Made by a program: the position numbers and the translations under genes. DNA of 15,652 bases from Paecilomyces variotii (taxonomy: Eukaryota): the NCBI GenBank assembly GCA_004022145.1, contig RCNU01000050.1. One strand, 5' to 3'. Below the pieces are notes generated by a model, which saw only the letters and a list, made by a program, of their open reading frames with translations, did not search any database and was not told where the DNA came from. This document shows positions 11,401 through 15,652 of the stretch, one piece after another (position 1 is the stretch's first letter; each line of letters begins with the position of its first letter).

Positions 11401-13905
11401 TATATAAGAGACTATATTATATATATAGATCTAGATATTATTTTATATTAAGATCTTTATAATAATAAAATAAAAAAGAGAAATATATAAGCTTATAAAA
11501 AATAAATAAGATATAAAGCTTTATAAAGTAATACTTATTTTAAACCTTATTATTCTAGAGATTATCTTAAATAAGGAGAAATATATAGACTATATATTAG
11601 AAGCAGCTTTTACTGCTAAAGAATATATTTTAATCCTTAACTTTTATATAGCTATAATTAATAATCTTATATAAAGTAAATTATAAAAAGAGGCCTTTAA
11701 AACTAAGATAAATCTAAGTAAATATTATAAAACTTTAGCGCGAAGCGCGTTAGGCTAATTAAATCCCCTTAAGTCTCTTAAGCTAATTAAATCCTCTTAG
11801 ATATAGAAAATACTAGTATAAAGTAATTAGAAATATAGAACTGCCTAAGGCCTACTTAGATTTAAGTTCTCTTATTAACTTAAGGTAAATACTAAGTTAA
11901 TATAATTATATAGAATAAGCTATCTATAAGAATATTAAAATTTTTTAAACCCGCTAACTTTTAAGTCCTTTAATTAGCTATATTAAGCTAATATAGTTAT
12001 GCATATTAACTATAGGCGCGAATATTAAAATTCTGAAGCTTAAAGCGAATATTAAGGTATATTACTATAATAATATTAAAATTATAAGTATTATATAGGT
12101 CTTAAGGCTAATTGCTTTAAAGTATAAAATAAAGAGATTCTTTTAATTATATAATTACTTAATTTACTTATAGAATTTAAGTTTAAGGCCTTTAGAGACT
12201 TTAAACCTAAATCGTTTTATATTTAATACCTTTAAATTCTCTACTTAAAACTATATATAAAGCTCTTATATACTAATTTAAATCTTAAATTAAAGATAAG
12301 TAATAGCTTTAAGTCTATATTAACTAGCTAGCTATAAAATCTATAAGTAAGTCTAGGATACGCGTAATATAGCCTAAGAGCTTATATATTATAAATAAAT
12401 AAAACTTTTAAAGTAATTATTTTATTAAAAAGAGCTAATATTATAATTAATAAATAAATACTAGCTATAAAATATAATCTAGATAATTCTCTATAAAAGC
12501 TTAAGGCTTATCTTATTATTTATAAATTTACCTAGAAGTATAAAATTAATTTTAAATATATCTTTACTCTAACTTTATACTATAATATATTATAGGTTTT
12601 CTTAGCTATAATAGCTATAAAAGACTATAAATACTATATAATAGATATTAATAATGCCTTTACTAAGTTAATATTAAAGGAGAAAATTTATAGCTTTATT
12701 TAAAATAAATATTCTGCTAAAAATAGTAACTAAAGTTTTAAAATCTTTATATAGTTTAAAGTAAATAGTATAAGATTAAAATTACTCTTATATTAAAATA
12801 TTATAAAGAATAAGATTTATTTAAATAGATATAGACTTATATTTACTATAATATTTAAAAAAAGAGATTTTAATTCTAATATATATTAATAATATCTTAA
12901 TTAGCTTAAAGTAAATAAAATATATTAATTAGTTTAAATAGGAGTTTAAAATAGTATATAAGATTAAGGACTTAAGAGAAGTAAATAAAATACTTAATAT
13001 TTAAATTATTTACAATAGAATAAAAAGAATATTAATTATAAATTAATCTTATTATACTTAAGAAATCTTATTAAGATATAGAATAAATAAAGAAAAGGCT
13101 TATTTTATTAATATCCTATTAAATAAGTATAATTATTTAAAGCTAGCTAGTCTATAAAATAAAAGAGCTAATTAAAAGAAATATTAAAAGATTATTAAAG
13201 TACTTATTTATTTAATAATTTTAATAAGACTAGATATTATATTTATAATAAAATAATTAAGTTAATATTTATTTGACTTATTTAAGAGCTATTTTAAGCT
13301 ATTAAAATTTTTAATAAGATACTTATAATTAACTATATACTTAAGCCTTTAGTTTTATAAGAATTAGGATTAAAAACTTATTAAATATTTTAATTTAAAT
13401 TATATAATAAATAAGATAGATTAAATATTAATTTTAAGAAATATTTTTATTATAATAAGTTATTTAATTAGTTAATTAAGTTAAAAATAGAAGTTTATTA
13501 TAACCTTTATAATAAAAGCTAAATATATAGCTATATATTAAGCAGTAAAGTAATTATAATAGCTAATATTATTTTTATATAATATAGGTTATAATAAATA
13601 TATTAGTTTAAACTAATATAAGCTAATTATAAAGGAAAAACTATTCTTTATAATAAATTCTCTAGTAAAACTCTTTAAGAATAATTAAGTATTACTATTT
13701 TTAATTAAAAATACTTATATCTGTAATAAATTAAAATATATTAATATTATATATTATTATATATAAGATCTGCACTAAAGAAATTAAATTAATATAAAAT
13801 ATATTAAGACTAAAGATATAATAGCTAATAGATTTATTAAACTGCTTTTAAAAATAAGCTTTACTAGATTTATTAAATAATTAAGACTTATTAAAATAAT
13901 AAGTT
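8420..13905 (+). pseudogene. Copia gag-pol relic (gag, protease, integrase, RT, RNase H), interrupted at 11715-12386
   Basis: PR: *YINSSTSLYIIN (9594) = WYIDSGASSHMTN, and LENILLILKLKVNLLLIKKL = LENVLLVPELGVNLLS. IN: KLIYINIY, YFLIIIDNYL*KI* (~10300-10400) and LEQNN. RT: ANIIINK*ILAIKYNLDNSL*KLKAYLI (~12434-12520) = ANIVTSKWV..KYN.DGS..KLKARLV, then DINNAFTK (~12644) and LIYINNIL (12876-12899) = YVDD. RH: YFNLNY = YSDSDY, TFIIKAKYIA = TSTTEAEYMA, KYINIIYYYIR = KHIDI.YH.VR, IIANRFIKLL = MVADGFTKPL. Confidence 0.9.
11715..12386. mobile_element. Unclassified 672-bp non-coding insertion with subterminal hairpin (possible non-autonomous rolling-circle-type element)
   Basis: Removing it restores the Copia frame aag ata aat c|ta tta taa ata aat aaa act ttt (E-I-N-x-L-x-x-N-x-T-F spacing after reversing RIP). 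It begins taagtaaata, has gcgcgaagcgc at ~11738-11748, is richer in GC/CpG than the host, and is homologous to 14371-14775. Confidence 0.8.
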
Positions 13906-13910
13906 TAAAC

Positions 13911-13920
13911 TAAGGAAAAG
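13911..13920 (+). promoter_or_regulatory. Copia polypurine tract (taaggaaaag)
   Basis: Purine run abutting the 3' LTR start. Confidence 0.75.
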
Positions 13921-14218
13921 TATTATAATATAATAGTTAAAACTAATAGTTTATAAAAAGAATATATAAAGAATTCTTTTATAAAAAAATTTAAAATAAT
14001 TATATATATAGTTATAAAGAATAATTAGCCTAATAAAAGAATTCTTATATTAAGTATATTAGCTTAAAAGGAAAACTTAATTAATTTAATATAATTAACT
14101 AATTATAATATAAAGATATATTAGTATTAGTTTTACTCCTTATATTTTATCTTTATCTTAAGTTATACTTTTCTTTAAAGCTAGTATAAAAGTTATTTTA
14201 TTTTTATTCTTTTTAACT
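13921..14218 (+). repeat. Copia 3' LTR
   Basis: Match to 8075-8372; followed by the TSD CTTAT. Confidence 0.93.
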
Positions 14219-14223
14219 CTTAT

Positions 14224-14370
14224 TATATTAATTAATTCTAGTTAATTTAAAAATCTTAAAAAGTTTATTTTTAGTAATAGCTTAATAAAGCTATTTACTA
14301 TTATATTTTATATTTTAATAAACTTTATATTAATCTTATTTCTTTAATATAAGTCTTATATATAGTAATT
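14224..14370 (-). pseudogene. Unclassified host relic, segment 3
   Basis: Contiguous with 8069 through the CTTAT TSD. Confidence 0.3.
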
Positions 14371-14775
14371 TAAGTAAATAATATAAAACTTAAGCGTAAA
14401 GCGTATTAAGCTAATTAAATTCTCTTAAATCTCTTAAGCTAATTAAATTCGCTTAAATAAGCTTTATATTAATATAATATAACTAACTCTATAGAAGCCT
14501 ATAAGAATTTAAAGCCTTTTATTAGTTAAGAATAAATATTAAGTTAATATAATTATATATAATAACTATTTATAAGAATATTAAAACTTTTTAAACTTAT
14601 TAATTTTTAAGTCCTTTAATTAGCTATATTAAGCTAGTATAGTTATATATAATAACTATATATATAAATATTAAAATGCTTTAAACCCGCTAACTTCTAG
14701 CTTATCTTATTAGCTAAATATATATATTAAGCTAATATAGTTATATATAATAACTATATATATAAATATTAAAAT
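14371..14775. mobile_element. Second, diverged copy of the hairpin element (right end undetermined; may run to 15074)
   Basis: Same start (taagtaaata.tataaaactt), a degraded hairpin (gcgtaaagcgt), the same gctaattaaat doublet and the same ~90-bp internal repeat units as 11715-12030. Confidence 0.75.
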
Positions 14776-15074
14776 CTTTCTATAGTTAGTATTACTACTA
14801 CTATATTTATTATTTTAAAATATATATATTATAGTATAATATTAAATTACTATATAATATTAACGCTTATATTAAATCTCTTATACTAATTAATTCCTAA
14901 GTTTTAATTAATTATAAAGTATTAATTAGCTAAGAAATAAAACTAAAGATATAAAATACTCTTAAAGCTAATAGTATTATTATTAATATATCTTAGTAGT
15001 ACTTTAATAGCTATTATACTATAATATATTTAATACTTTAAGAAGATTATTACTATTTAAAAATACTATTATCT

Positions 15075-15652
15075 TATTATAAAATAGCAGTTAAAACTAA
15101 TAAGTTCTAGTATAATAAAGATTTTATTTTAAAGAAATCTTTAAGAATAATTTTATTTTAATAAAATTAAATAGTTTAGAGAAACTATTTCTTAAGCTCT
15201 ATTTAAAATCTATTACTTTAACTAAGAATATATAAATATATTTTATATTTACTATATATGCTAATACTCTTTTTTCTTAAATATTATTAGCCCTTTAAAT
15301 TAATTAGATAATCTAGGGAATTTTATTTAAATCTATTTTTTTTAACTAATTATAAGCTTAAATTTATAATAACTTAAGAGAAATAGCTATATAATAAAAA
15401 CTATTTTATTTTAAATATTTAAATTTAAACTAATAATAATAAGCTATTTTTATATAAGAGAACTTATAATAAGACTACTTTAATACTATATTAAGCGCTA
15501 AATTTAATAGAGATTAAATCTTATTAAAGATTAAAGTATTAATTTATTATTATTATATTTTTAATAAATAATATAAAAAGTAAAAAAAAGAAACTTATTT
15601 TTATACTTTTAAAAGAAAACTATAAAAAGTAATTTATTTATATAAAAAAAGC
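15075..15652 (+). mobile_element. 5' end of a second, related Ty1/Copia element (273-bp LTR at 15075-15347, PBS at 15348-15359, gag start); continues beyond the window
   Basis: LTR start tattataaaatagcagttaaaactaata and end tttttttaact match the first Copia's termini. It has the same PBS aattataagctt, and 15400-15540 is homologous to 8425-8575. The LTR middle is different. Confidence 0.85.

Larger units (their letters stand above)
8075..14218 (+). mobile_element. Full-length RIP-degraded Ty1/Copia LTR retrotransposon (5472 bp after removing a 672-bp insertion)
   Basis: 298-bp LTRs at 8075-8372 and 13921-14218. TSD CTTAT at 8070-8074 and 14219-14223. PBS-like aattataagctt and PPT taaggaaaag. 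Domain order PR-IN-RT-RH. Confidence 0.94.

Noticed and set aside
11715..12386. Solo LTR
   Set aside because: Restoring the host reading frame leaves no room for a 4-6 bp TSD, and there is no terminal inverted motif. Not fully excluded without other copies.
8075..14218. Relative dating of Copia versus chromovirus from LTR transversions (about 3/298 vs 1/166)
   Set aside because: Counts are too small to distinguish.
14535..14775. CRISPR-like array of palindromic repeats
   Set aside because: Only 2-3 degenerate units, the spacers resemble one another, no cas genes, and the context is eukaryotic TE.
1..15652. AT-rich organellar, endosymbiont or alternative-genetic-code (TAA/TAG read-through) coding DNA
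   Set aside because: Stops co-occur with systematic D>N, E>K, G>R/S/K and H>Y changes in catalytic motifs and with CpA/TpG depletion. This is mutational (RIP), not recoding.

Overview
Extremely AT-rich, gene-free fungal (ascomycete-type) transposon nest, heavily mutated by RIP-like C>T/G>A transitions: CpA/TpG are nearly absent, TpA is abundant, and conserved motifs show D>N, E>K and W/Q/R>stop changes. I found no intact ORF, but the layers can be read through the mutation code. (A) A truncated Ty3/Gypsy pol relic (1-~2740, +). (B) An unclassified coding-like host relic split into three pieces (~2780-3858, 7282-8069, 14224-14370). (C) A 3.4-kb chromoviral Gypsy element (3864-7276, -) with 166-bp LTRs and an AGAAT TSD, in which N-terminal gag is joined directly to integrase-chromodomain with PR/RT/RNase H deleted. 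(D) A full-length Ty1/Copia element (8075-14218, +) with 298-bp LTRs ending in non-canonical CT and a CTTAT TSD. (E) Two related copies of an unclassified non-coding element with a subterminal GCGC-GAA-GCGC hairpin and no TIR, LTR or long TSD (11715-12386 inside the Copia RT, and 14371 onward). (F) The start of a second, related Copia (15075 to window end). The best novelty candidates are E, B, the deletion architecture of C and the CT termini. I cannot support a functional new biological system from this window alone.
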